The notes beneath the pieces are model-generated. The model saw only the letters and a list, made by a program, of their open reading frames with translations. It had not been told where the DNA came from and did not search any database. The position numbers and the translations under genes were made by a program. A DNA stretch of 64,000 nucleotides, taken from assembly GCA_002344005.1 (NCBI GenBank), contig DDTD01000046.1:66403-130402 (forward strand), written 5' to 3'. The stretch comes from Ignavibacteria bacterium UBA2373. GTDB taxonomy: Bacteria > Bacteroidota > Ignavibacteria > Kapaibacteriales > UBA961. Shown piece by piece: positions 28,891-39,110 of this stretch (position 1 is its first letter; the number at the start of each line of letters is the position of its first letter).

Positions 28891-30216
28891 TTATCGTTTA
28901 AGCTGATTGATTTCACCAAGGAACTGGTCACTTATAGTCACTGTACGCGATGCGGCTTCAAAAGCTCTTTGCGTAGTGATAAGATCGGTAAACTGTTCGG
29001 TCAAATCAACATTAGACTCTTCCAATGCGGTTGAGTTTATACGGGTGGAAGGGAAAATTTCCACAGCCGTTCCCACTGTGGGCAATCCACTATTAGGAGA
29101 TATGGAGAAGAAGTTACCGCCTTCTTTCATCAATCCGCCCGGATTGGTAAAGCGTGCAAGCACTACTTGACCCAATAGCTCTGACTGACCATTGGTAAAT
29201 GCTCCAAGTATCTTACCTGTCTGATCAACCGAAATTCTTGAAAGTTCACCGGAAGTATATCCATCTTGTTCGCGAGCTGTTACTGTATTCAAACCGGCGA
29301 ACTGAGTTAAACCGCCTAATAAATTATCGGGCGTGGCTAAAGTTATAGTCACATCCTTGGGTGTATCCTGATCAAATGCATTCGATGTACTGACAGCATT
29401 TAATGCACTTGCGGCTAAAGTAAAGTTTAATGGAGTTTGAAGTGTACCGTCAGAATTAAAATTGATGGATGTGGGTGCTCCGGCAATAGGTGTAGAATTA
29501 CCATCCATTGTCGCCACTAAACCAAAGGTGTTTGGAGCAGTTTTCGTGAAAGCTAAATTCAAAACGCGAGGCGCACCCTGCGTATCATAAATAGTGATAC
29601 TTGTATTAAACTCATCGCCTGTATTTGCATCACCACGTAAATTACCTGTAATCTGTACACTTTGAGTTTGGCGCGGTGCAGATTTAAATGTTGGCGATAT
29701 TTGTACATTTGTTACTTTACGATTTAATTGATTGGTGCCACTTGAATCTTTCAACACACGACCTGAACTATCTGTTTCAAGATTATAGCCCTGCACATAA
29801 GAGCCGGAAGAACTATCCACAAGATTACCACGGGAATCTAAGGAGAATGCTCCTGCACGTGAATATAATGTTTGACCATTTTGCTTAAACACAAAAAGTC
29901 CATCGCCTTGCAAAGCCAAATCAAGTGCACGAGTTGTATTTTGTATAGATCCTTGATTTAAATCTAATTTAATTGCACCGAGGCGAACGCCTAAACCAAT
30001 TTGAACCGGATCGCCACCACCGATACCGCCCGCGGCTATATTACTTGGTGAAGAACCTGAACCAAATGTTTGTGAAAATTGCTCGGCAAATGTTGTGCGG
30101 CTTCCTTTAAACCCTATAGTATTAACATTTGCGATATTATTAGAAATAACATCAAGACGTTGTTGATGCGCACGCAGGGAACTTGTGCCTGCCGATAAAG
30201 AACGAATAAGTGCCAT
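28891..30216 (-). CDS. flgE: Flagellar hook protein FlgE
   Basis: N-terminus MALIRSLSAGTSSLRAHQQRLDVISNNIANVNTIGFK and C-terminus ...RAFEAASRTVTISDQFLGEINQLKR are canonical rod/hook-family termini; 442 aa from the ATG at 30216. That ATG follows a GGAGGT RBS; the ORF track extends it 11 codons upstream. Confidence 0.85.
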   Translation of the reverse strand: MALIRSLSAGTSSLRAHQQRLDVISNNIANVNTIGFKGSRTTFAEQFSQTFGSGSSPSNIAAGGIGGGDPVQIGLGVRLGAIKLDLNQGSIQNTTRALDLALQGDGLFVFKQNGQTLYSRAGAFSLDSRGNLVDSSSGSYVQGYNLETDSSGRVLKDSSGTNQLNRKVTNVQISPTFKSAPRQTQSVQITGNLRGDANTGDEFNTSITIYDTQGAPRVLNLAFTKTAPNTFGLVATMDGNSTPIAGAPTSINFNSDGTLQTPLNFTLAASALNAVSTSNAFDQDTPKDVTITLATPDNLLGGLTQFAGLNTVTAREQDGYTSGELSRISVDQTGKILGAFTNGQSELLGQVVLARFTNPGGLMKEGGNFFSISPNSGLPTVGTAVEIFPSTRINSTALEESNVDLTEQFTDLITTQRAFEAASRTVTISDQFLGEINQLKR

Positions 30217-30335
30217 AATGAATGACCTCCAATAAGAAAAAAAATATTTCAAAAAAACATCAAATCATCAGTCAGTCAGATTTGATTTGGAGGGATTTCC
30301 TGCCATAGCAATGGCGAGGTCCTATCCCTGATTAT

Positions 30336-30722
30336 TTATGCGAAAACAGCGGAATCAATATTCGTAAAGACCGTTGGCTCGCTTTCATTTTTTTGCATTG
30401 CCGTGATGACCGTTTTATTGGGTACGCTAACCACAAAAGCCATATCTCGTAACATTACTAATGTTTCCGTTCCGCCTTTATCTTGTACTCTTTGAATTGC
30501 AGTATCAATCCTCTGTAAATCTTCATCCGATAATTGCACATCACGACTTGTCAAACGACTTTGCGCATGTGCTGAAAAACGCAATTTATTAATTTCCTGT
30601 TCAAATAAATCACCAAATGAGACTTTGGGTTGCTCAGTTTGAACCGGAACGGATTGACGTTTTAACTCACGAATACCACCCACAGGAATAAAAGGCAAAG
30701 AAACATTATGTATTTCAGACAT
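30336..30722 (-). CDS. Small flagellar-operon protein between flgD and flgE (TIGR02530-like)
   Basis: 128 aa, conserved position between flgD and flgE as in Firmicutes/spirochete fla operons. Assignment is by synteny only. Confidence 0.4.
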   Translation of the reverse strand: MSEIHNVSLPFIPVGGIRELKRQSVPVQTEQPKVSFGDLFEQEINKLRFSAHAQSRLTSRDVQLSDEDLQRIDTAIQRVQDKGGTETLVMLRDMAFVVSVPNKTVITAMQKNESEPTVFTNIDSAVFA

Positions 30723-30761
30723 TCATATCACCTCCTTAGAGTCAAAAAGGATTAAAAAATA

Positions 30762-31454
30762 TTATGGAATAATTTCAACAATATCCGCCAATGGCATTTC
30801 ACCACCATTAACAACAAGCATTGTACCTTCTTGTTTAAATCTCAAGCCACTTACGGTACCGCGCACAAATGTTTTTGCTTCAACGGGTGATGAACCCGCT
30901 GTAGCAACAACTTCGATGCGATAATTATCTTTTCCCAACATCTGACCCCGATTATTTTTTCCGTCAAACATCAGGGTATGACGGCCATTTTTCAAATTTG
31001 CGCCCTCAAGTGGAATGCTTCTTACAACGGCACCTGCTTCCGTTTTAATTTGTAAAACACCCTCTGATGCAGACTGCGGTAAATCGTATGCAATTGTCAC
31101 AGGATTAGCACCGTCAAATGCCAAATAATCTGTTTGAGCTTCGACATTTTTACCGATGAGTGCAGGCGCACTTGCATTTGTTACGGATGCCGCAAGTACT
31201 TTATTACCCTCTAATTGATTTTCCAGTAATTTACTGATATTTGTTAATTGTTCTAACGATGAAAATTGTGCTAACTGCGAAGCAAACTCTTGGCCTTCTT
31301 GCGGTTTTAATGGGTTCTGAGATTTCATTTGTTGTGTTAATAATTTTAGAAACTCTTCTTTACCCAGTTCTTTCTTTGGAGCTGTACCTGTTTTTCGTAA
31401 ATCCTCAAATACATTACTCGTATTCGATGTATTATTTACTGATGTTGTTGCCAT
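30762..31454 (-). CDS. flgD: Flagellar hook capping/assembly protein FlgD
   Basis: LGKEEFLKLLTQQMKSQNPLKPQEGQEFASQLAQFSSLEQLTNI is the conserved FlgD N-domain. The C-terminal FlgD Ig-like region is also present. Confidence 0.8.
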   Translation of the reverse strand: MATTSVNNTSNTSNVFEDLRKTGTAPKKELGKEEFLKLLTQQMKSQNPLKPQEGQEFASQLAQFSSLEQLTNISKLLENQLEGNKVLAASVTNASAPALIGKNVEAQTDYLAFDGANPVTIAYDLPQSASEGVLQIKTEAGAVVRSIPLEGANLKNGRHTLMFDGKNNRGQMLGKDNYRIEVVATAGSSPVEAKTFVRGTVSGLRFKQEGTMLVVNGGEMPLADIVEIIP

Positions 31455-31473
31455 ATATAACTCCCGTATTTAC

Positions 31474-34400
31474 TTATCGCTGTGATTGAAAAATTCTATT
31501 AAATGCACTGGTAGTATAATTTACCGTTGTTTGTGATTTTCGTGCATCGGCAGCATATTTAAACGATCGAGTAAATTGTTGACGACTCTCTTGTTCTTGC
31601 TGCGATTGACCTTGGCGATTATGCGAAGAATATTGTGAATTATGGGACATTTCTTCCTCTTTTTTTCGCACAGTCACTTCCACGCTATCAAGTTGCATGC
31701 CTTGTTTACCAAATTGATCTTTTAATTGAGGAAGCTGTGACTCAATTATCTGTTTCGTTTGCTGTGAATCAACTTGTATTTGTAATTGTGTATCAGAATT
31801 TAAAGTGGAATATCGCACAATGACTGTACCTAACTCTTCAGGTTGCAATACCATACGTACTGTTCCATTTCCTTGTGTTTTTGAGGAAATATATTCATGA
31901 GCCTTATCCGCAAAATGCTGTACCGGTAATAATTCCATTATTTCCATAGATGCAACCTTTTTTATAGTAGGTATGCCGACTTTTTGGACTGGCTGAATAT
32001 GAACATTGTGAGGAATAATGATAGAATCTTGAGAAGGGAAATTACTATTTTCAGTCAAGACAAAATTTTGAGAACTATCTGCTACTCCTAAAGATTGATT
32101 TGAGATTGGTGATAATGTCGTTTGTATTTCATTTTCTACATCAATATTATCACTTTTTGACTTAATACTTGAGTTTTGCTGCAATAGATTGCTTTGATTA
32201 TTAATATTATTCGTTATCTCCCCTCTTGGTACTACTCGCTCAGAAGTAGAGGTAATGAACATATTATTAAAAGTATTGTTTTTTTCTACATTCTGATTCG
32301 CAACTGCATTTTTTAACGAAGAACGATAGTGTGATAATTCTTTTTTGAGTAAACTATTATCTTGGTTTGTTGAATTTTGTTGAGTTAGATTTTCGGACTT
32401 TTTAATTATACCATCATTAAAAACGACTGTTTTTTCATATTCAACAAAAGACAAACCTTTCTTTACTTCAGATTTTTTTTCTACCTCACCGGATATTTGC
32501 TTAGAAACAAAACTTCTTTGTATTTTTTCCGAACCATCGTTTGTTTCCAACGAATTCAAAACGTTCATTTTAACTTCATTGGGAATAGTCTCGACTGATT
32601 TTTCAAGGTGGATCTTTTTTGTATTTCGAGAATCAACTTGAGTGTTCTGTATTATAGCGTCAGATGGAGAAGTAGCACTATCATTATAGCGAATCTTAAA
32701 GACAATATTTTTAACCGGAACACCGACTGACGACGCCTTTTCAATAATGGAATGAAGTGCCATTACCGTATTCGGAATAACTTGATGAGAAGTTTGTATA
32801 TCAGAAGGTGGAGTTACAACAATTGCTGAATTATCATGGGTTTTGTTCTTTAAGACATAGAGTGCACCATCGCTGGTTTGTAATGGCTCATGAACAGTAC
32901 GATCAAAAGCCGAAGTATTAAGTATTTTCACAGCTTTAGAATCAGTATCATCATTGATTGTTAATTCTTCATCATTCTCAATAACTTCCTGTTCATCTAA
33001 GTTCTCCGGAACAATTGATTCATAGGTATTCTTTAGTGTATGAACTAATATTGTATCTGTCGGTTGTATAATTGATTTTGATTTGTCATCATTTTGTTTA
33101 ATAGTATGTTGATTGGTTTTCGATGCAATACTTACATTGTCATCAATTCTACTATCCGTTCTTTCTGTAAAAGGAATATTTGACAAAGTGTTAAGTTGTA
33201 TATTCTCCTTGGTTTTTTTACTGAGATTATGTACACCTTTATTTTTCAAAGATTCCTGTTTAGATAAAGATACTATTTGTGGACTATTGTCATTTTTCAC
33301 CATTACATTGTCATCAACAATACCAGCATCACCATTAAATGTATCATTTTTTGAAACTTGATAAACATTGTTATCTAATTGAGTTGATTTTTTTATCTCA
33401 GTAACAACATTCTCTTTCGAGGACAATGCAACAGTATTAGTTTCTTGACTTTTACCTATAGTAACTCGATCATAAGTAAGCGACTCCGAAGATGTCACGG
33501 TAGCATTTAACTTGTTGTCATTTATAACAGCATTGTCTTCAGCTTCCGTAAGAATCGCATTATTATGAGTATTTGTTGTATTATGAGTAATAGTATTTTT
33601 CGATTTTTGATTAAGTTCTGTCAATAAAGTACTATTACTTTTATCACTGTACAGTAATCCGGCATCAGTTTCTTGTACTTCGTCAACGACAGGTTTAGGC
33701 GGAACCTTATATATTACCTCTGATTTGAAAACTTTATCGTGTTTGACAGTATCTAAGTTATTATCTGAAAATGTATTCTTTTTCTGATTCTGATGTACTT
33801 TCGGTGTATTTCCTACAGCATTCGATTCTCCCTTAGATGCACTACTTTCAACTGAATTAAGATTATTGATAGTTTTTAATAAAATTGCTTCTTCTTCTGG
33901 AGAATATTCAACAGACGGAATATCACGCTTTTTAAATTTCATATTGTTGTCATCTGAATCAAAAACACCATAATCAGATGTATTTTTCACAGTCGAATCA
34001 TCGTTTGAGATAATGTCAGAAATTAATTTTATATCCTGCTTGGAAGTATTTCGAGTACCATTATCAATTGATTCATGAATTATTTGCTCAGTAGATGTAT
34101 TATTTACAACACTATTATAGACCGAGTCTTTTTTAGTCTTATTTACAACAATATTATTGACATTGTTTAAGCCAATATCTTTTAGGCTAATGCTATAAGA
34201 ATCATTATTTTCTAAAGCAGATATCTGCTCAGAATAAACCATATGATTATTTGACTTTTTTTTGTCTGATAAAACATTTAATTCATTTACAGTGCTATTT
34301 TCTTTATAATTTAAGGTATCTGATGAATGTACTTTTTGTTGTCCGTCTATATCATAGTCTTTTAATCTATTACGGGACAGCCTGTCAACAGTATATCCTT

Positions 34401-37400
34401 GCACAGTCTGATTTTTATTCTCTTTTGTATGAAGATCTGAAATATTACTTTCATGCGGTGATCTATACATGATATTATCACTCGAATCAACAGATATTTC
34501 TTCTTGAGAATTGTCTAATATAAGATTTACACGATGTTCTGAACTGTTTTTCTCACCACCGTCTGCTGTCTGACGTGCACCTACTTTATCCGATATAACT
34601 GCGTTTGTAGCAGATTTCACTTTTGCAAATGATAATCTTTCTAATGGTTTTGCACTTTTTTCTTGTATTCCTGATGTTGCTTTGGATTTACTATTACCTT
34701 TCAACAACTCAATTTCTGAACGAACTGTAACAGATTTAGCGGAAAAATCTAATTTCGCCGATGATTCCTCCGAAGAATTATCTATGACAATACTGTGTTC
34801 AGTAAGATTTTTCTTATCACCGTCTGTCTGATGTACACCCAATTTATCAGATGTATCGTTTTCTAATTTTGCAAATAATGATTTCTCTAATGGTTTTGTA
34901 CTTTGTTCTTGTATTCCTGCTACTACTTTGGATTTACTATTACCTTCCAATGACTCAATTTCTGAACGAACAATAACAGATTTAGCGGAAAAATCTAATT
35001 TCGCCGATGATTCCTCCGAAGAATTACCTGTTACAAGAGCAACATTACTTTCTGAAAGATTTTTCTCACCACCATCTGTCTGATGTACACTCAATTTATC
35101 AAATGTATCGTTTTCTGATTTTGTAAATGATGATTTCTCTAATGGTTTTGTACTTTGTTCTTGTATTCGTGCTACTGCTTTGGATTTACTATTACCTTCC
35201 ATTGACTCAATTTCTGAACGAACAATAACAGATTTAGCGGAAAAATCTAATTTCGCCGATAATTCTTCCGAAGAATTATCTGTTACAAGAGCAACATTAT
35301 GTTCTGAAAGATTTTTCTCACCACCGTCTGCTTGATTTACTCCTAAATTATTAGTAAAAACTTCGATTATTTCTTTATCGTCAATAGATTTTGTACTTGA
35401 TGTTTTATGAGTAAACGTATTTGCATACGTTTTAGAGTTATCTCTAGTACTTTCAATAGGAATAGAATTCTCAGTATTGCTTCCGTTTGTGATTTCTTTT
35501 ATTGATTCAGAAAAGAAATGTCCGGATGTTTTTTGAATTATCTTTTCAATACTTCTTTCTGATTCTTCGACATCAATAGTACGATTTGATTGTTTTGATT
35601 TTATTGAAGAAAATTTATCATAATCGCTTTCATTATATTCCGTACCTGTATGTATTTCTACGTTTTCACCTGTTCTTAATACATCTTGAAAAGAAATTTT
35701 GGAGTTTTTTGCATTACCTTGATCTATTGTCTGATCAATAATAGAGTCTTTAGCATATTGCCTAACAGTTTGCTGTTGTTCTAGCGAAATGCTCTTTGCA
35801 ACAAGATTTTTCTCATTATGTTCATTTTGTGATGTTTCACTATATGTTATTTTTTGATTGTTTGCTTGTTGAGATGTATCTGGCATTGACATGACTTTAG
35901 ATTCAGGTCTTTTTTCCTCATTTTGATTATATGATAGATGATTTTCAATCTGAGGATGGTTTATATCCGCGTCAATATCATCATTATAAATATTGTTTTG
36001 CGATGATTTTATTGTTTGAATGATTGAGGTCTTAGTACGGATAGTGCTGTTTTCAATATTTACTGATTTATCATCTTCCTTCAATGTATTCACATACATT
36101 CCTATAGCAGGTGCTTTTTCAGATGATAGTATTTTTGATGTCGTATTTTCAAATTGTGCCACTGTGTTTACTTCATTATTAGTCTTCTTCACTCCGGCAT
36201 TCTTAATTTTTGCTTCTGCATCACTATTATATGCGATGATATTTTCTCTATCGTTCTGACTTTTCAATTCAGACTTATCATGAATAAGCTGTTCATTGAC
36301 TATGTCTGTTTTTTCCAATGTATTTCTCGAATTGCTTGAATTGTTGTATTTATTTGCATTCGATATCGGTTGAAATTTTTCTGTTAATTGTGCATGCTTT
36401 TCATTATTTCTATGAAACTCAAGACTATTTTCTTCAGGAAATAATTTTTCAATGTATTCTTCAATAGCAGCATTCTGCAAACTCGGATCTACCGTTGTTA
36501 TTGATATTGATTTCCTTGTATTTTTATTATCTATATTATCTGTATTGGAATTTTCATCTCCAACAGGCTGATTAATTTTGTTTTGTTGTTCATCACCTAT
36601 ATTATCTAAATTGGAATTTTCATTTCCAACAAGTTGGTTAATCTTGTTTTGTGATATATATGTGTCTTTAGCTCGACTTTTATTTACTACATTTTCTTGC
36701 AATGAATCACTCCCATGATAACTCATTGCTTTATCTTTATACGGGAATGTATTATTCTTTACGGCTTTGTCTGATTCACTATTATTTACATTTTGTTGAG
36801 ACTGCAGGACTCCACCTTTGATAGTATCATTATAAAACCTCATTGGTATATTCTGTTCTTCATTTGTACCATTTTGAAGCGGTAATGATGTATTTGATGC
36901 TTTATTTGACCCTTGAGGTAGATTTAAGTTCTTATTAGCAGTTATACTTTCATTTGTCGAAGTTATTGTATCAGGATTTGATATAGACTCAGCATGATTA
37001 TTTAGATTTACGACTTTAGTATGCTGTGGAAGTACAGTTTTCTCTTGTAAACCATTATTAACCGGTTTATGATATACTGATCCAAATACTTGTTCAAAGC
37101 TTACTTCCGTATTTTGATTGTTGTACTTTACAGTCACTTGATCTTTACTAAAGGAACTCTCCAACGGTTGTGATTTTTGTTGCATGGGTATCCATAAATT
37201 TTGGATTACCATATCAATAATGTGCGGTATTTCCTCCTGTGATGTTGTCGAAATATCAACACGTACTTGAATATCCTCATTATGTGAGGAAAGTAAATTG
37301 ATTTGAACTTTACTTTTATTGTGCACCTTCATTGAATCACTAAAATCTCGTATCATGGATTCAATTTCTGAAGATTTTTCCTTATTTTTCGATTGTGTAT

Positions 37401-37971
37401 TTGATAGAACAATATCTGTGGCACTATCATTTTTTTGTCTGTAAGAATCCGTCTTTTTACTATCAATGTTTATAGCATCAACTAATCCACCTACATTCGA
37501 GTTTTCTTTTGTTTTCTGAATCTCTGTATCGGTAGTGACTTGCTTTGCAAGAGTGGGATTATTGGCATCGAACAGTTGGGATTGTTTTTTCACTTTTTGA
37601 TTATCCAGACCTTGAAACAACGATAGCTCTTCTCCCTCCGAATCGTTTGAGGATTGGGATTTCACCACTATATCATATACATATTCCCATTGGTTATCTA
37701 TATCTGTCGTTGGTTGAAATATTCTAGCTGTATTTGATTGTACAACTTGCTCATTTTGTGTATAAGACGAATTTTCTTTTAATAAAGTAACAGGTACTGT
37801 GATATTGTTACGTGTGCTTTTAGCATCAATCGTTGATTGAAGCAGATTTGAAAAGGCAAATATTGGTGGAGAATAATCACCATCTGGCGATTTAGACACA
37901 GAGGCATCCGTAAGATTTCCGGATGAGTTTGTGAGAAAATGTATGTCTATTTTCATTGTTGCGTCCTGCAA
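31474..37971 (-). CDS. fliK: Giant FliK-like hook-length control protein (2165 aa): FliK C-terminal domain preceded by ~1900 aa of Asn/Ser/Thr/Lys-rich low-complexity sequence with internal tandem repeats
   Basis: The C-terminal ~150 aa (GNGTVRMVLQPEELGTVIVRYS...LQIQVDSQQTKQIIESQLPQLKDQFGKQGMQLDSVEVTV, then a Gln-rich tail) match the FliK/Flg_hook domain. The gene sits between fliJ/MotE-like and flgD, as fliK does in fla operons. Uninterrupted ORF. Confidence 0.65.
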   Translation of the reverse strand: MQDATMKIDIHFLTNSSGNLTDASVSKSPDGDYSPPIFAFSNLLQSTIDAKSTRNNITVPVTLLKENSSYTQNEQVVQSNTARIFQPTTDIDNQWEYVYDIVVKSQSSNDSEGEELSLFQGLDNQKVKKQSQLFDANNPTLAKQVTTDTEIQKTKENSNVGGLVDAINIDSKKTDSYRQKNDSATDIVLSNTQSKNKEKSSEIESMIRDFSDSMKVHNKSKVQINLLSSHNEDIQVRVDISTTSQEEIPHIIDMVIQNLWIPMQQKSQPLESSFSKDQVTVKYNNQNTEVSFEQVFGSVYHKPVNNGLQEKTVLPQHTKVVNLNNHAESISNPDTITSTNESITANKNLNLPQGSNKASNTSLPLQNGTNEEQNIPMRFYNDTIKGGVLQSQQNVNNSESDKAVKNNTFPYKDKAMSYHGSDSLQENVVNKSRAKDTYISQNKINQLVGNENSNLDNIGDEQQNKINQPVGDENSNTDNIDNKNTRKSISITTVDPSLQNAAIEEYIEKLFPEENSLEFHRNNEKHAQLTEKFQPISNANKYNNSSNSRNTLEKTDIVNEQLIHDKSELKSQNDRENIIAYNSDAEAKIKNAGVKKTNNEVNTVAQFENTTSKILSSEKAPAIGMYVNTLKEDDKSVNIENSTIRTKTSIIQTIKSSQNNIYNDDIDADINHPQIENHLSYNQNEEKRPESKVMSMPDTSQQANNQKITYSETSQNEHNEKNLVAKSISLEQQQTVRQYAKDSIIDQTIDQGNAKNSKISFQDVLRTGENVEIHTGTEYNESDYDKFSSIKSKQSNRTIDVEESERSIEKIIQKTSGHFFSESIKEITNGSNTENSIPIESTRDNSKTYANTFTHKTSSTKSIDDKEIIEVFTNNLGVNQADGGEKNLSEHNVALVTDNSSEELSAKLDFSAKSVIVRSEIESMEGNSKSKAVARIQEQSTKPLEKSSFTKSENDTFDKLSVHQTDGGEKNLSESNVALVTGNSSEESSAKLDFSAKSVIVRSEIESLEGNSKSKVVAGIQEQSTKPLEKSLFAKLENDTSDKLGVHQTDGDKKNLTEHSIVIDNSSEESSAKLDFSAKSVTVRSEIELLKGNSKSKATSGIQEKSAKPLERLSFAKVKSATNAVISDKVGARQTADGGEKNSSEHRVNLILDNSQEEISVDSSDNIMYRSPHESNISDLHTKENKNQTVQGYTVDRLSRNRLKDYDIDGQQKVHSSDTLNYKENSTVNELNVLSDKKKSNNHMVYSEQISALENNDSYSISLKDIGLNNVNNIVVNKTKKDSVYNSVVNNTSTEQIIHESIDNGTRNTSKQDIKLISDIISNDDSTVKNTSDYGVFDSDDNNMKFKKRDIPSVEYSPEEEAILLKTINNLNSVESSASKGESNAVGNTPKVHQNQKKNTFSDNNLDTVKHDKVFKSEVIYKVPPKPVVDEVQETDAGLLYSDKSNSTLLTELNQKSKNTITHNTTNTHNNAILTEAEDNAVINDNKLNATVTSSESLTYDRVTIGKSQETNTVALSSKENVVTEIKKSTQLDNNVYQVSKNDTFNGDAGIVDDNVMVKNDNSPQIVSLSKQESLKNKGVHNLSKKTKENIQLNTLSNIPFTERTDSRIDDNVSIASKTNQHTIKQNDDKSKSIIQPTDTILVHTLKNTYESIVPENLDEQEVIENDEELTINDDTDSKAVKILNTSAFDRTVHEPLQTSDGALYVLKNKTHDNSAIVVTPPSDIQTSHQVIPNTVMALHSIIEKASSVGVPVKNIVFKIRYNDSATSPSDAIIQNTQVDSRNTKKIHLEKSVETIPNEVKMNVLNSLETNDGSEKIQRSFVSKQISGEVEKKSEVKKGLSFVEYEKTVVFNDGIIKKSENLTQQNSTNQDNSLLKKELSHYRSSLKNAVANQNVEKNNTFNNMFITSTSERVVPRGEITNNINNQSNLLQQNSSIKSKSDNIDVENEIQTTLSPISNQSLGVADSSQNFVLTENSNFPSQDSIIIPHNVHIQPVQKVGIPTIKKVASMEIMELLPVQHFADKAHEYISSKTQGNGTVRMVLQPEELGTVIVRYSTLNSDTQLQIQVDSQQTKQIIESQLPQLKDQFGKQGMQLDSVEVTVRKKEEEMSHNSQYSSHNRQGQSQQEQESRQQFTRSFKYAADARKSQTTVNYTTSAFNRIFQSQR

Positions 37972-38083
37972 AATTCATCGAATTGATGAAAGGGTTTATC
38001 CTTACCCTTTGTTCTTTTCTACATTTTTTTAGTCATACATATTGCGTACAACTACTGTAAAACAATCATTCGTTTGTCTAAAT

Positions 38084-38647
38084 TTACTCTTGAGTTGCAC
38101 TTAAAACCAGAATTGATGCAGCAAGCTCAGGTTTAATATTTTCAAGGACTTTTGCAGCATTCTTTGGTTTCATTTTTTTCAAAATAAATGCTGCATCTCT
38201 TTCATCTAACTCACTAATGATTTTAGCTACGTCTTCGGGGTTTGCTTTATCATACATTTGTGCAAACACAGTATAATTAGTCCTAATCAGTGAATCTCTT
38301 TTCCTTGTAAGTTCCTGCTCAATCTTTGCGTTTTCAAGTTTTAAATACTCATTCGTTTTCTTAGCTTCATTGCCAATAGAACGAACTTTCATTAGTGAAT
38401 CAGAAATTTGTGCCAACTTTTTCTCTAGTGAATCATTTTTTTTCTTAATCTTATTGAGGTCACTCTTTTTAATTTTTACTGAATCAATGACAGACTTAGC
38501 TTTCTTCATTTGTGCTAATAATGCAACACTGTCAATCTTGGGCGGAGGAAAACCGAGGAATGTCGGATCGTATGTGTAAACGCCAAATAGTGTAGCCAGA
38601 AACACCAAAAAGAATACGGCAGTCCCTATGATTACTTTGAATATCAT
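38084..38647 (-). CDS. MotE/YlxF-like flagellar protein (N-terminal TM, coiled coil, C-terminal MgtE_N-like domain)
   Basis: C-terminus PEDVAKIISELDERDAAFILKKMKPKNAAKVLENIKPELAASIL resembles the MgtE_N fold of YlxF/MotE. Sits between fliJ and fliK as ylxF does in B. subtilis. Confidence 0.5.
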   Translation of the reverse strand: MIFKVIIGTAVFFLVFLATLFGVYTYDPTFLGFPPPKIDSVALLAQMKKAKSVIDSVKIKKSDLNKIKKKNDSLEKKLAQISDSLMKVRSIGNEAKKTNEYLKLENAKIEQELTRKRDSLIRTNYTVFAQMYDKANPEDVAKIISELDERDAAFILKKMKPKNAAKVLENIKPELAASILVLSATQE

Positions 38648-38650
38648 ATT

Positions 38651-39097
38651 CTATCGTTTCCGCTCTATTGATTGTCGGATGTTCATACCATTGGCTATTT
38701 CATCCAAAAATTGTTGTTCCTCAGCATTCATTTTTTTCTCATACTCCATTTTTTTTCTTTCACGGAGTTTTTCTATTACTTTTTTTTCTTGTAATTTTTT
38801 ATTTAACTCATTACGCCGAATGTTTTCCAGCTCTTGTAATTTTTTGATTTCATTTTTTAATATTTCAACCTCTTCTCGTACAGCAGTCCTGTGATGTGCA
38901 TTCATCTGCAAATCAGTAATGATTGTCTTTTCATGATCTTGCTTCATACTTTGAAGATAATTTACTTTTTCATCAATTCTTTTTTCCATGGATTCTCGCG
39001 CGATTATAACCTCACCCAATGCAATTTTTGCCTGTGATACTTCATATTCGCGTAAATGTAAAACACTTTGTAATTGAAATGTAAATATTTTTCCCAT
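38651..39097 (-). CDS. fliJ: Flagellar export chaperone FliJ
   Basis: 148-aa coiled-coil protein immediately downstream of fliI; N-terminus FTFQLQSVLHLREYEVSQAKIAL is typical of FliJ. Confidence 0.65.
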   Translation of the reverse strand: MGKIFTFQLQSVLHLREYEVSQAKIALGEVIIARESMEKRIDEKVNYLQSMKQDHEKTIITDLQMNAHHRTAVREEVEILKNEIKKLQELENIRRNELNKKLQEKKVIEKLRERKKMEYEKKMNAEEQQFLDEIANGMNIRQSIERKR

Positions 39098-39110
39098 ACT
39101 ATCTTCTCAA

